A stretch of 64,000 nucleotides of DNA from an uncultured Candidatus Saccharibacteria bacterium (lineage in GTDB: Bacteria > Patescibacteriota > Saccharimonadia > Saccharimonadales > 2-12-FULL-41-12): contig CAYUFM010000001.1 in the NCBI GenBank assembly GCA_964444225.1, positions 26,216 to 90,215 on the forward strand. The letters are read 5' to 3'. Shown one piece after another: positions 1 through 10,244 of the stretch. A program made the position numbers and the translations under genes. Under the pieces are notes generated by a model. That model saw nothing but the letters and a program-made list of their open reading frames with translations, made no database searches and was not told the DNA's origin. How positions within the stretch are numbered: the stretch's first letter is position 1; every line of letters starts with the position of its first letter.

Positions 1-356
1 TGGTCCTGCTTGCCTTAAAAAACTTAATAACTTGAGTAGGGTACCTTAGATAATTCGGGTAATCCTCCGTTTTCATGCTTAACGCCTGGCACAGAGTGGC
101 TATAACTAAACCAAAGCAATCAAATGCGCCACCTTCTCCTACGGCATCGTACTCAAAATTTGAGCCTTCTAAACTTTTGGCAACTTTAATAAACTCTTCT
201 CTATTAATTTTCTTTCTCCTGTTTGAATTATTTTAGGCAAAACTAAAAAGCTTTTTTTGTATAAATTTACCGCACAAAACACACTTTTTGTATTTGCTTT
301 AGTCCGAACATTGTAACATGTTCGAGGCATCATAGATGTTGTGATAAAGTGTTAGG

Positions 357-830
357 ATGATTAGAAGAGTTACTACGCGAGCAGTTATTATAAAAAATGG
401 TATGATTTTCTGCGTAAAACAGCGCAATAGTGCCGGACAAACTGTAGACTATTGGTGTACGCCTGGTGGGGGTTTAGACATAAGAGAACCTCTAGTGACA
501 GGTCTGAAGCGTGAGATAATCGAAGAAACTGGCGTAAATCCAGAAATTGGAAATTTAGTTTTGATCCAACAGTTTGTAGACAGCAAGGGTCGTGAACAAA
601 TGGAATTTTTCTTTCATGTCACCAACGCTGACGATTTTGAAAACATAGATTTAAATAAAACAACTCACGGAAGTCACGAAATTGATGAATTTGGATTTGT
701 AGATCCAGCCACAACCTATATTTTACCGAAAATATTACGACAAATTGACCTGTCTAACATCGATAAAATTGAGCGTCCGATGATTATCAACCAAATCCCT
801 CTCAACGCAGAGAAAATTTCTACAGACTAA
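357..830 (+). CDS. NUDIX hydrolase
   Basis: Nudix box GGGLDIREPLVTGLKREIIEETGV (GX5EX7REUXEEXGU pattern) in the 157-aa ORF. Confidence 0.8.
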   Translation: MIRRVTTRAVIIKNGMIFCVKQRNSAGQTVDYWCTPGGGLDIREPLVTGLKREIIEETGVNPEIGNLVLIQQFVDSKGREQMEFFFHVTNADDFENIDLNKTTHGSHEIDEFGFVDPATTYILPKILRQIDLSNIDKIERPMIINQIPLNAEKISTD

Positions 831-892
831 GTTTTTTAATACACAGAAGAGATCTCTGGGGCACTTTTTATCTTTATCGAATACGAATTTAT

Positions 893-1132
893 TTATTTCA
901 ATTTTCTGAATTTATCGGCTTCGATTATACCAAATAATGCCAATCTATCCTCATATGCCTTGATAATCCCCAAGAGTTCATCTGGCGGAATAGGGGGGTC
1001 AATATCATCAAGAAACTGGCTACGAACATCTTGAACATAATGGTCTGGTGCTCGCATAAAAGTACTTAGCGGAAATGGAATATAACGAATTGTGCCAGTG
1101 CTAGATTTTCCAATCCTCTCAATTAAGCCCAT
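893..1132 (-). CDS. hypothetical protein (79 aa), distal gene of the hrcA-grpE operon
   Basis: ORF overlaps the grpE stop by 1 nt on the same strand. No recognisable motif. Confidence 0.35.
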   Translation of the reverse strand: MGLIERIGKSSTGTIRYIPFPLSTFMRAPDHYVQDVRSQFLDDIDPPIPPDELLGIIKAYEDRLALFGIIEADKFRKLK

Positions 1133-1605
1133 TATGTAGCCCTTTTGACTCTTACCATAGCGTGGCGAATTACTTCGTCGCCAAGGATATAGCCAGATTG
1201 TAATTCTTCACTAATAATTTCGTTATCCCCTTCGCCGTCTTCCATACTGACAGCCTCATGAAGTTGGGCGTCAAAAGGCTCACCTACCGTGTGGATTTTG
1301 ACTACGCCAAGATCTGCAAGAGCTTTCTCGAATTGTTTTACTACACCTGAAACGCCTTTAACATATTCATGGTTTTCTATATCTTTAGGCACGTGTTTTA
1401 AGGCTCGTTCCAAGTTATCTATACTAGGCAGTAGATCACGAACAACTCCAGCCTTCACCACATTACGCACAGATGCCATTTGCTCATCATGACGTCTGCG
1501 CACATTTATAACGTCGGCTCGCTCACGTTGCAAAGCTTCAGTTAATTCAGCGACTTCCTTTGCGAACTGTTCATTTATTTCTTTTTGGGTTAATTTCTTT
1601 GTCAT
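1132..1605 (-). CDS. grpE: nucleotide exchange factor GrpE
   Basis: GrpE-like coiled-coil N-terminus and C-terminal beta domain (DNLERALKH..., VGEPFDAQLHEAV). Sits immediately downstream of hrcA. Confidence 0.85.
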   Translation of the reverse strand: MTKKLTQKEINEQFAKEVAELTEALQRERADVINVRRRHDEQMASVRNVVKAGVVRDLLPSIDNLERALKHVPKDIENHEYVKGVSGVVKQFEKALADLGVVKIHTVGEPFDAQLHEAVSMEDGEGDNEIISEELQSGYILGDEVIRHAMVRVKRAT

Positions 1606-1608
1606 AGA

Positions 1609-1836
1609 TCAATCAATCTCATTTAATGCCCTGTAGAATCCTAGCTCTCCTAGCGCTCTATCTCTTACAAGCCTTGATTCTGCGTCGGTCATCCCTTCCT
1701 TAGTCTCAGCCAGAGTATCAAAGGTATCTGATAGAGCGCAAGTTACGTCTAGACTTCTGCTACTTAAAGCAAATAGAGCTGCCATGACGTGCTCTTTTTG
1801 TGCATCTATTGCAATTTGTTGTTGTTCACGATTCAT
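1609..1836 (-). CDS. hypothetical small protein (75 aa) between hrcA and grpE
   Basis: ORF in operon context, overlapping the hrcA end. No motif recognised. Confidence 0.3.
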   Translation of the reverse strand: MNREQQQIAIDAQKEHVMAALFALSSRSLDVTCALSDTFDTLAETKEGMTDAESRLVRDRALGELGFYRALNEID

Positions 1837-2533
1837 AAAGGGCTTTCTCCAAAGATTGGCCTGTGCGTTGCACCAGGTTCATGACCGGACCATAACTTTG
1901 ACGAGTTGGGCCAAGTACACCAACATAACTTTTGTCGCTATACGGGCTACGGAATTTACTGATGATTAGACTGCAACCACTATTGCGACCAATCGGATTC
2001 TCTGCGCCGATGTATACGCTGAGTGGCTCATTTGGCGCTGCTTCATTTAGCCAAGGCTCTAGGTTGTCTAGCAGTTTTGCTACTTCTTTAATATGTTCAC
2101 CACCTGCAAACTCTGGGTTTGCAAAAAGATTAGTAAGGCCAGACATATATAGCTGATTACCAATAGTTGCTAGGCCTAGGTTGTGAGTTAAATCTACTAG
2201 CGTATCCACGGCATTGCGGATAGTACGCTCCGGCATACCGCCTTCACTAACGCGGGCGGCAAGTGCGCGTTCTGACCTGCGGTCTATCTCTGGCTGAGCG
2301 ACTTCTGCAACTTGGTTAACATAAAATCTATAACCTTTGTCTGTAGGCATACGACCAGCACTGGTATGCGGTTGAGCAATAAAGCCTTGACGCTCTAGTT
2401 CGGCCATTTCTGCACGTATAGTAGCGCTAGAAACATTAAAAACTTTAGCCAAAAGCGAACTGCCGACCGGTACTGCTACCTCGGCGTATTGTTCTACGAT
2501 AGCTCTCAAAATAAGTGCTTGTCTCTGCGTCAT
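1826..2533 (-). CDS. hrcA: heat-inducible transcription repressor HrcA
   Basis: N-terminal wHTH (QRQALILRAIVEQY...SSATIRAEMAELERQGFI) and C-terminal GPTRQSYGPVMNLV. The likely true start is the internal Met (MTQRQ) at about 2533, which leaves the CIRCE element upstream in non-coding DNA. Confidence 0.85.
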   Translation of the reverse strand: MTQRQALILRAIVEQYAEVAVPVGSSLLAKVFNVSSATIRAEMAELERQGFIAQPHTSAGRMPTDKGYRFYVNQVAEVAQPEIDRRSERALAARVSEGGMPERTIRNAVDTLVDLTHNLGLATIGNQLYMSGLTNLFANPEFAGGEHIKEVAKLLDNLEPWLNEAAPNEPLSVYIGAENPIGRNSGCSLIISKFRSPYSDKSYVGVLGPTRQSYGPVMNLVQRTGQSLEKALYES

Positions 2534-2554
2534 ACTGACAGGCATTATATAATT

Positions 2555-2581
2555 TTGGCAGTCAAAGCACAAGACTGCTAA
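2555..2581 (-). promoter_or_regulatory. CIRCE-like HrcA operator (degenerate)
   Basis: Reads TTAGCAGTC-N9-GACTGCCAA on the coding strand, versus consensus TTAGCACTC-N9-GAGTGCTAA. It is a 9-N9-9 inverted repeat about 22 nt upstream of the hrcA start. Coordinates approximate. Confidence 0.6.
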
Positions 2582-2639
2582 AATACTGGACATTTTTGTT
2601 TTTTTAATGTATAATAGTATATAAATTAGGAGATAATAT

Positions 2640-2807
2640 ATGCCAAATAGCCCAGAAGGGTTACCTTATCCGAGAAATATAAGTTTGGAGCATCAACCAA
2701 CTATAGACCGTTCTGACGGTAATGAGTTTAGTAGATTTTCTTCAAATTTGATTAAAGGCGGTTTAATATTTACGGTTGCAGGCTATGTATTATATATAAA
2801 CTCGTGA
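2640..2807 (+). CDS. small hydrophobic protein (55 aa to the first stop). The frame stays open for a further 96 codons after an in-frame TGA.
   Basis: AGGAG sits 7 nt upstream of the ATG at 2640. TGA at 2805-2807 is followed in the same frame by a stop-free stretch to TAA at 3069-3071. See findings. Confidence 0.45.
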   Translation: MPNSPEGLPYPRNISLEHQPTIDRSDGNEFSRFSSNLIKGGLIFTVAGYVLYINS

Positions 2808-3067
2808 TTTACTACTGAATACTTTTTAGAAGCTACTCAGGAAATCTCTCAAAAAGAAAATTTAAATTCGGTTGACAACTTTAGAATAGCTGCAGGAAAC
2901 ACCATCACCACTATTTCTGGAATTATAGGTATTACGGGACACTTTGCAGCAACTATTGGAGCAGGTGTCTTAAGTACGGGAATGATAGCAAAAAGCATAT
3001 CTGCAGAAGCAAACTCTCCAGCACAAGAAATAATTGCTCGCCAAAATACCCCGTTTTCACCTATAAA

Positions 3068-3796
3068 TTAAGAGTTTTTAGCTAAGAAGGTTTCTAGGTC
3101 AGCTAACAGTTGTTTTGCAACACTTTTGGCATTTTCGTTTTTTTCTGCAGATTTACTACCGTGAGCAATCTCATCAACAATTTTTACAGTCAAATCTAAA
3201 TCTTTGTTAACTACGTATTCAAAATATGACTTGTTTAAGGCTTCCTTTAGCTCGTGACCTGCTGTTTCGAGGCGCTTTTGCAGTTCGGCAGGGTTCATAT
3301 GGTTATCCTCGTGACGCTTAGTTAGCCTCTCTTGCCAAGTATAAAAATCAGGTGGCAAAACAAAAATTGGAGTAACTCTTGCTGGGGCTACCTTTTCATA
3401 TTCTTCGACCCCTTGAACTTCAATGTCTGTAATCGCAATCTTGTCTTCGTCGTGCGCCATTTGTAGCTCTGCAACGCTAGTTCCATATATGTTTCCACTA
3501 AACATTTTTGCCTCAATGTATCCGCCGTTATCCAACATCTTACTAGCTGTAAGTTGGTCAATAAAATGATAATCTTGGCCGTCTATTTCCATTACTCCGT
3601 GATTTTCTCGGGGAAGTCTGGTGGTGTGAGAAACAATATGATGATAGTCGGTATTTTTTACTAGCTGTCTTAGTATTGTGTCTTTACCTGCAGCAGTAAC
3701 TCCTACTAAAAAAACAATGTAAGTATTTTGAACTAAACTTATTGCGTCTTTAGGGGCTTTGTATTTTTGAACTTTTTGCAGTAGATCTTCCGTCAT
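3068..3796 (-). CDS. guanylate kinase-like nucleoside monophosphate kinase (paralog 2)
   Basis: P-loop GVTAAGKDT, plus SHTTRLPRE...DGQDYHFID typical of the GMP-kinase fold. Confidence 0.7.
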   Translation of the reverse strand: MTEDLLQKVQKYKAPKDAISLVQNTYIVFLVGVTAAGKDTILRQLVKNTDYHHIVSHTTRLPRENHGVMEIDGQDYHFIDQLTASKMLDNGGYIEAKMFSGNIYGTSVAELQMAHDEDKIAITDIEVQGVEEYEKVAPARVTPIFVLPPDFYTWQERLTKRHEDNHMNPAELQKRLETAGHELKEALNKSYFEYVVNKDLDLTVKIVDEIAHGSKSAEKNENAKSVAKQLLADLETFLAKNS

Positions 3797-3813
3797 TAGA
3801 AAACTATAACACT

Positions 3814-4074
3814 TTAGTCTAACTTTTGATAAACCCTACCAGTTACTGCAAGCAAACTTAATCCTATGATTAACAGTATCCAGGGATGCTCAACAAACAA
3901 ATCTACGCGGTCAATTAGTTTCTCGAACCCATAAAATACAGAGACTAGTCCAAAGGTCGCGGACAGTGCAATCAGAATAGGAAACCGAGTTTGGACCCTT
4001 ACTCGCTCTTGAGCGATTTTTTCGATCATTTTTTCTTCTGCCTGAGTAAAAGGTATGAAATTTTTCTTTGCCAT
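3814..4074 (-). CDS. small membrane protein (86 aa)
   Basis: Two predicted transmembrane helices. Lies between the two kinase paralogs. Confidence 0.4.
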   Translation of the reverse strand: MAKKNFIPFTQAEEKMIEKIAQERVRVQTRFPILIALSATFGLVSVFYGFEKLIDRVDLFVEHPWILLIIGLSLLAVTGRVYQKLD

Positions 4075-4079
4075 AATGT

Positions 4080-4793
4080 TTATTCTAACTCTTTTAATAG
4101 TTGTTTTATAATTTCTCGTGCGTTGCTATCTTCTGAGGCATCCTTTACCCCGGATTCAAAATAGGCTAAAGCTAAGTTAGAAGCCCTAATTATGTCGTCA
4201 TTGATAACACAAAAATAACTTTCCTGAGCATCTGCGATTGATAGTTCTGTTTTAGCAGCCTGCATTCGCCTGTTCATTTCATCCTGATCCATTATCCGCT
4301 CATTTTGGATACGTTGTTTTAAAATATCTAAACTTGGCGGTACAACGAAAATAGTTTTCATATTTGAATTTAATTTACGCAGACCAATTTCTGTCTGGAC
4401 AACCAAGATTGCTAAGCCAATTTGCGCCTCATTTAGGCTTTGCACGTCAGCAAAATCTAGTGCAGACAACTGCTGGTTATGCACCAATGCCATCTGCAAA
4501 AATCTGCGATCTTCAAGACCTTGGTCAAAGAATTCTAAATCATGAAAATGATATTCAACTCCATCTTTTTCTCCATCGCGCATCGGGCGTGAAGTTGTAG
4601 ACAATATTTTTATAAATTTTTTATTTTCTACAAGTTTTTCTCGCAGGGTATCTTTACCAGCTCCAGTCGGACCTGCAATAACTCCAAAATTACTCCGTGC
4701 AAAATCATACACAACCTGACCATTGGGATGATAATTATCCGCTAGGATTTTATATTGCTCAGCTTCGCTACTAGTCAATAATCTCTGTTTCAC
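4080..4793 (-). CDS. guanylate kinase-like nucleoside monophosphate kinase (paralog 1)
   Basis: P-loop GPTGAGKDT; STTSRPMRDGE.DGVEYHFHD. Confidence 0.7.
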   Translation of the reverse strand: MKQRLLTSSEAEQYKILADNYHPNGQVVYDFARSNFGVIAGPTGAGKDTLREKLVENKKFIKILSTTSRPMRDGEKDGVEYHFHDLEFFDQGLEDRRFLQMALVHNQQLSALDFADVQSLNEAQIGLAILVVQTEIGLRKLNSNMKTIFVVPPSLDILKQRIQNERIMDQDEMNRRMQAAKTELSIADAQESYFCVINDDIIRASNLALAYFESGVKDASEDSNAREIIKQLLKELE

Positions 4794-4797
4794 AAAA

Positions 4798-6573
4798 TTA
4801 ATCCCTCTTTAAAAGTACCGTAAAGGCTTCGGCTGGGATATCGACATTTCCGAATCGCTTAGCCTTGGCTTTGCCCTTCTTTTGTTTTGCTAGAAGTTTT
4901 TTACGCCGACTCACGTCACCACCATACAGTTTAGCCGTCACGTCTTTGCGGTAGGCCTTTACGTCCTCACGGGCAATAAACCTTCCGCCAATCGCAGCCT
5001 GCAGTGCGACCTGAAAGTTTTGACGTGGGATTACCTCCTTTAACTTACCTACAATTTCCCTACCTAAACTCTCGGCTTCAGACTTATGCACCATAATACT
5101 TAACGCGTTAACTATTTCTCCAGCAACATAAAAATCCAAACGAACTAAGCTTTCTACTCGGTAATTATCTAATTCATAATTGAAACTTCCATAACCACTA
5201 GTTGCGCTCTTTAGTTGATCGTAGAAATCTGTTAGCAGGTTAGCTAGTGGAGCGTCAAAACTTATAAGCGCTAGTTGCTCATCAACAAAACTAATATTCT
5301 TTTGGACTCCGCGCTTAGATGAAATTAACTGAATTACGCCCCCCACATAATCTTTAGGAACTACAATCTCACCCTTAATCCACGGCTCGGCGATTTCTGC
5401 GACTTTACTCATTTCTGGCAAATCTGCTGCACTTTTGATGTCTATTTGTTCACCGTTTAGCATTTTTACCTGATAGTCAGTGCTAGGATTTGTAACGATA
5501 AGTTCTAGATCATACTCACGCTCTAGTCTCTCGCGAACAATATCCATATGCAACAGCCCCAAAAATCCGATCCGCACCCCAAAACCCAAAACTGGTGAAT
5601 TTTCTAGCTCATACTGCAAGGCTGAGTCACTAAGACTTAACTTTTCAATCGCATCTTTTAGCTCTTGATACTGCTCGTTACTTTCAGGGAAAAATCCAGC
5701 ATAGACAAATGGCTTCACATCTTTGTATCCAGGTAATGGTGACGTTGTAGAACCGTCCGATAAAGTTACCGTGTCACCTACCTTTGCTTCACGAGTAGTG
5801 CGTAAGTTGGTAACTATATATCCTATTTCGCCACTACTTAGAGTGGAGTCGGGCTTCATGCCTGGGCCTAAGTGTCCTACTTCTAAAGCTAGGCCTTGGG
5901 CTCCGGTGGCAAACATTTTTATGGTCTCGCCTTTTTTTATTTGTCCATCTACTATTCTGACGTACAAAATTACACCTCGATAATCGTCATAATAACTATC
6001 AAAAATTAAAGCTCGGGTTTGATCCTGATTTTGAGCTTTTGGTGGCGGGACCCTGTCTATGACTGCCTCTAGGACTTTTTTTACACCCTCTCCAGTTTTG
6101 GCACTAATGTGTAAAATTTCTGACTCATCGCATCCCAAAAGGCTAACAACTTCTTTAGAAACCTTCGGAACATCTGCTGCTGGCAGATCGATCTTGTTAA
6201 GCACCGGAATGATTTTTAAATCGGCTTCCATAGCTAAATAAACATTTGCTAATGTCTGAGCTTGAATTCCCTGAGAAGCATCCACCACCAAAATAGCACC
6301 TTCACAAGCCTCAAGACTGCGCGAAACCTCATAACTAAAGTCTACATGTCCCGGTGTATCAATAAGATTAAGTTGATAGCCTTTATAATTCATCCTAACC
6401 GGCGCAAGTTTAATAGTGATCCCTTTTTCGCGCTCTAGATCCATTTTGTCCAACAACTGCGCCTTCATATCACGCTTCTGCACAGTTCCAGTAATCTCAA
6501 GCAGGCGATCGGCTAGAGTGCTCTTGCCGTGATCAATATGAGCAATAATTGAGTAGTTACGAATTTTCTCCAT
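4798..6573 (-). CDS. lepA: elongation factor 4 (LepA)
   Basis: N-terminal GTPase NYSIIAHIDHGKSTLADRLL and DTPGHVDF. Length 591 aa. Confidence 0.95.
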   Translation of the reverse strand: MEKIRNYSIIAHIDHGKSTLADRLLEITGTVQKRDMKAQLLDKMDLEREKGITIKLAPVRMNYKGYQLNLIDTPGHVDFSYEVSRSLEACEGAILVVDASQGIQAQTLANVYLAMEADLKIIPVLNKIDLPAADVPKVSKEVVSLLGCDESEILHISAKTGEGVKKVLEAVIDRVPPPKAQNQDQTRALIFDSYYDDYRGVILYVRIVDGQIKKGETIKMFATGAQGLALEVGHLGPGMKPDSTLSSGEIGYIVTNLRTTREAKVGDTVTLSDGSTTSPLPGYKDVKPFVYAGFFPESNEQYQELKDAIEKLSLSDSALQYELENSPVLGFGVRIGFLGLLHMDIVRERLEREYDLELIVTNPSTDYQVKMLNGEQIDIKSAADLPEMSKVAEIAEPWIKGEIVVPKDYVGGVIQLISSKRGVQKNISFVDEQLALISFDAPLANLLTDFYDQLKSATSGYGSFNYELDNYRVESLVRLDFYVAGEIVNALSIMVHKSEAESLGREIVGKLKEVIPRQNFQVALQAAIGGRFIAREDVKAYRKDVTAKLYGGDVSRRKKLLAKQKKGKAKAKRFGNVDIPAEAFTVLLKRD

Positions 6574-6604
6574 TTAGCTACATTCTAACAGATGAGACGA
6601 GGTA

Positions 6605-8251
6605 TTAGAATTTTATTGGCTTTAATATAATATTTTTAATTTTATTAATAACGGGTTTTGCTTCTTCTAGCTCAAATACTACCGACATTGTTATGTAAAC
6701 TAGAAATGTAGGAATAACAATCGCTGCTAGCTTACCGCCCAAAACAAAGAAACCTTTGTCTGATACAGATAAAGGATAAATCGAGAGCATAATGTAGGCA
6801 GTTATAACTGCAAAGCCAGTAACCGACAATATTCTAAATATGCCACTCCAGAAATTGCGATTTATGAGTTTATTATCACGAATAACCATAACCATAAACA
6901 AAATCAGTACCTCGGCGGCAGCAACTATAGACTGCGCCATCGCAAGACCTGCAACATCATAAGCCTCGGGTCGAGACAAAAAGTAAGCCAAGATAATATT
7001 AAGTGCAATTGCAAAAATAGAAATGTATAGCGGTGTTCGACTATCCTTCTGCGCATAAAACCACCTAGAAACTAGAGCGTAAATTGTTCTAAATAAAATC
7101 GCCCCAGCAAAAAACCCAAAAATTAGAGCAATTTGTGGTGCGTCATTAGCAAAAATTAAACGAGCCAAATAACCACGCAAGAAATAACTAACAACCACAA
7201 TCGGCATAATTATCCAGATCATAGCTCGTAAAATCTGCAAGAATTCTTTTCTGAATAAATCTTGTCTACCTTGAGCCAACCTGTCAGTAAGTCTAGGAAA
7301 CGCTGCTGTTGATATAGTGGTGCCGATTAATAAGGTTGGTGCGCTCTGCAGTACGTAGGCGTTTTCATAATAACTTAGCTTTCCTTCACCGAGTCGTCGC
7401 GCCAGATTGGTTTCTACAACGGAGTTAATCGAGTCAATACCTTGATCAAGTGACCTAGTAGGAAGTTGTCTCATTATTTCTTTGAAGTCACGACTTCTCC
7501 AGTTGATTTTCGCCTGGTATTTGTACTTAAGTCCAACGAAGCCAAGGATCGAAATCAACAACTGTGCCAATGCACCAATCAACGCACCAACACCCAAACC
7601 AATTAGCCCAAGTTCGCCCGGACCGCCATCATTGCCAACCTCACTAAAGATAATCGCGCTGAAAAGAATGCTTCCGCTATACACAAGCGGAGCTATAGCA
7701 TAAAAGAAAAATCTACCGAACGTTTGCTGGACACTGGTAAAAATACCGGCCAATGTAAAAAGCAATGGATTAAATGCAATGAGTCGCATTATGGTTGTGG
7801 CGTTATGCATTTGTTCTGGACTAAGGTTAGGCGCAACAATATAGCGCAAAAGCGGGTCAGCAAAAACAAAGATCACAATACCAACCAGCAACATTACCAA
7901 CGCTAGCAAATTTAACAAACTGTTGGTTAGCTGGAAAACACCTTTTTTATCGCCACGATTTAAATGGTCTGCCAGGAAGGGCATAAAAGCCACACCTAAG
8001 GCACCGGCGGCCAATGTAAAGAAAAACAGATCGGGAATTTTAAATGCAGCAAAATATGCATCCGTACTATCTGGGCCGAGCGCCGAGAAGTTGGCGTTTA
8101 CCAACTTTGTGCGCAAAAACCCAATCAACTGGCCGAGTGCAGATGCGACTATTAAAAGGGTTGCTGCATTAGTTAGACTGATCCGTTTATTGGCGCGCGC
8201 AAAAACCCTCTTCGATTGCTTTTTTATACTAAAGTTCTGTTTTTTGGGCAT
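6605..8251 (-). CDS. murJ: lipid II flippase MurJ/MviN family
   Basis: 548-aa polytopic membrane protein with the MurJ-like pattern (FAAFKIPD..., multiple TM helices). Confidence 0.75.
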   Translation of the reverse strand: MPKKQNFSIKKQSKRVFARANKRISLTNAATLLIVASALGQLIGFLRTKLVNANFSALGPDSTDAYFAAFKIPDLFFFTLAAGALGVAFMPFLADHLNRGDKKGVFQLTNSLLNLLALVMLLVGIVIFVFADPLLRYIVAPNLSPEQMHNATTIMRLIAFNPLLFTLAGIFTSVQQTFGRFFFYAIAPLVYSGSILFSAIIFSEVGNDGGPGELGLIGLGVGALIGALAQLLISILGFVGLKYKYQAKINWRSRDFKEIMRQLPTRSLDQGIDSINSVVETNLARRLGEGKLSYYENAYVLQSAPTLLIGTTISTAAFPRLTDRLAQGRQDLFRKEFLQILRAMIWIIMPIVVVSYFLRGYLARLIFANDAPQIALIFGFFAGAILFRTIYALVSRWFYAQKDSRTPLYISIFAIALNIILAYFLSRPEAYDVAGLAMAQSIVAAAEVLILFMVMVIRDNKLINRNFWSGIFRILSVTGFAVITAYIMLSIYPLSVSDKGFFVLGGKLAAIVIPTFLVYITMSVVFELEEAKPVINKIKNIILKPIKF

Positions 8252-8308
8252 AATAACTGAACTCTATTATATGCCCCTAAGGTTATAAATGACAGATAAA
8301 ATTAGGTT

Positions 8309-10189
8309 TTATAAGCTTGCAGATTTTGGCAAATGCGTACCTTCTAAAAGTTTGATCACTTCTTCAGCTTCAACTGTCTCTTTTTCTAGTAGTTTATCCT
8401 TTAGTTTTTCTAGGTAGCTTAGGTTGGCTTTTATCACTTCTCGCGCTCTATTGGCAGCTTCCGTAACTAGAGCCTCAATTTCTTGGTCAATCACTTTCGC
8501 AGTGTCTTCAGAATATTGTTTTTCATGAGTCATACGTTCGAACATCATGCCAGACTCAACGTGAAACACCTGGTCGCGCAGCTTATCACCCATCCCCTGG
8601 CTGACTACCATGTCACGAGCAAGTTCCGCAGCTTTTTGCAGGTCAGAACCAGCGCCTGTTGTAACTTTATCTTTTCCGTAAATTACTTCCTCAGCAATAC
8701 GGCCACCCAACATCCGGCCAAGCACATCCTTATACTCTAAAATACTATGGTAGCTTTTATCCTCTGGCGGGATAAACCAAGTGACACCGCCAGTCCCGCC
8801 ACGTGGAATAATTGTAACTTTATGTACAAGGTCACTTTCTGGCAGTATATGTCCAACTAGTGCGTGGCCCGCTTCGTGGTAAGCGGTCAGTTCTTTCTCT
8901 TTATCGCTCATTATCGAGCTTTTGCGCTCTGGGCCAATCGCCACTTTTTCAAAGGCCGCCGTAACAATATCATTAGTGATGGTTTTTTGATTCTTGCGAG
9001 CTGCTAAAATAGCTGACTCGTTAGCAATGTTGGAAAGATCAGCTCCAGAACTACCGGCTGTCTTAGCAGCAAGAGCATCCAGGTCAACAGATTTCTCAAG
9101 TGGTTTCTTGGCAAAATGTACTTTCAAGATTGCCTTACGGTCTTCGCGGTCAGGCAAGCCAATGCTAACGCGACGGTCAAACCTACCGGGTCGTAGTAAA
9201 GCCGGATCTAGCACGTCAGCTCGGTTAGTTGCAGCTAGTACGATCACGTTCTCGCCTTGCTCGAAGCCGTCCATTTCAACCAAAATCTGGTTAAGAGTTT
9301 GCTCACGTTCATCGTGTCCACCACCCATACCACTACCACGCCTTCGTCCTACGGCGTCAATCTCGTCAATAAAGATTATGCACGGAGCATTCTTCTTGGC
9401 TTTTGCAAAAAGGTCACGCACCCGCGATGCACCAACACCAACAAACATTTCAACGAATTCTGATCCAGATATGCTAAAGAAAGGTGCGTTAGCCTCACCA
9501 GCCGTTGCACGGGCCAACATTGTTTTACCTGTTCCTGGAGGGCCAATAAGAAGCACACCTTTTGGAATGCGCGCACCAACATCCTCAAACTTTTTAGGAA
9601 ATTTCAAGAATTCAACAACTTCTTCAAGATCTTGTTTAGCTTCGTTACTTCCAGCAATATCTTTGAACGAAACTTTGTCTTTTTGATTACCATAAAGTCG
9701 CGCCCGACTCTTTCCGAAGCTCATAGCTTGATTCCCCTGCCCCTGCGCACTCTTCATCATATACAGCAAGACAGCAACGATAATAATTACCGGCAACACA
9801 GATACAAAAAGAATATTGATTAGGTTGCCATTATTACTTTCTTTAGCGTTAAGCACCTCTACTTTTGCGTCTTTATTAAGACCCTGTTCGTAGATACTAG
9901 CACTGGCTTCCTTACGAGTTTTTTCACTCGGCTTATCCTCGCCTTGCTTTGTAACTTTTATCTCCGCACCTTGAATCTCTAATTTTTTAATCTCACCACT
10001 GTTGGCACGTTTTACTACATCTGATAGTGCTACTGTCTTTAGGTTCTCGTTATTGCCAGTAGACGCAAAGATTACAAATCCGAAAAGCAGTAAAATTACT
10101 ACAAATCCAACATTCTTAATGCCTTTTTTACCAGGCTTACCCTTTTTAGCATCGGGTTTTTTATTCAATTTAAACTGTTTTTTATCCAT
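8309..10189 (-). CDS. ftsH: ATP-dependent zinc metalloprotease FtsH
   Basis: N-terminal TM, AAA Walker [12 protein letters not shown] region, zinc motif [10 protein letters not shown]. Confidence 0.95.
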   Translation of the reverse strand: MDKKQFKLNKKPDAKKGKPGKKGIKNVGFVVILLLFGFVIFASTGNNENLKTVALSDVVKRANSGEIKKLEIQGAEIKVTKQGEDKPSEKTRKEASASIYEQGLNKDAKVEVLNAKESNNGNLINILFVSVLPVIIIVAVLLYMMKSAQGQGNQAMSFGKSRARLYGNQKDKVSFKDIAGSNEAKQDLEEVVEFLKFPKKFEDVGARIPKGVLLIGPPGTGKTMLARATAGEANAPFFSISGSEFVEMFVGVGASRVRDLFAKAKKNAPCIIFIDEIDAVGRRRGSGMGGGHDEREQTLNQILVEMDGFEQGENVIVLAATNRADVLDPALLRPGRFDRRVSIGLPDREDRKAILKVHFAKKPLEKSVDLDALAAKTAGSSGADLSNIANESAILAARKNQKTITNDIVTAAFEKVAIGPERKSSIMSDKEKELTAYHEAGHALVGHILPESDLVHKVTIIPRGGTGGVTWFIPPEDKSYHSILEYKDVLGRMLGGRIAEEVIYGKDKVTTGAGSDLQKAAELARDMVVSQGMGDKLRDQVFHVESGMMFERMTHEKQYSEDTAKVIDQEIEALVTEAANRAREVIKANLSYLEKLKDKLLEKETVEAEEVIKLLEGTHLPKSASL

Positions 10190-10244
10190 AAAATACTACT
10201 ATTAACTCCCGAAATTATTAGGTCACTAAACCAATACTAAACCA

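Noticed and set aside
1-215. Possible 3'-partial minus-strand CDS running off the left edge
   Set aside because: It is stop-free on the minus strand, but no in-frame start or SD could be placed and no motif was recognised. The evidence is too weak to list as a feature.
848-869. AGAGATCTCT palindrome plus T-run after the NUDIX gene, as a terminator
   Set aside because: The stem is short and AT-rich and the T-run is displaced. It is plausible but too weak to list.
8994-9686. 230-aa plus-strand ORF
   Set aside because: It lies wholly inside ftsH on the opposite strand. It is low-complexity and Ser/Arg/Pro-rich, as expected from antisense translation of a GC-richer gene.
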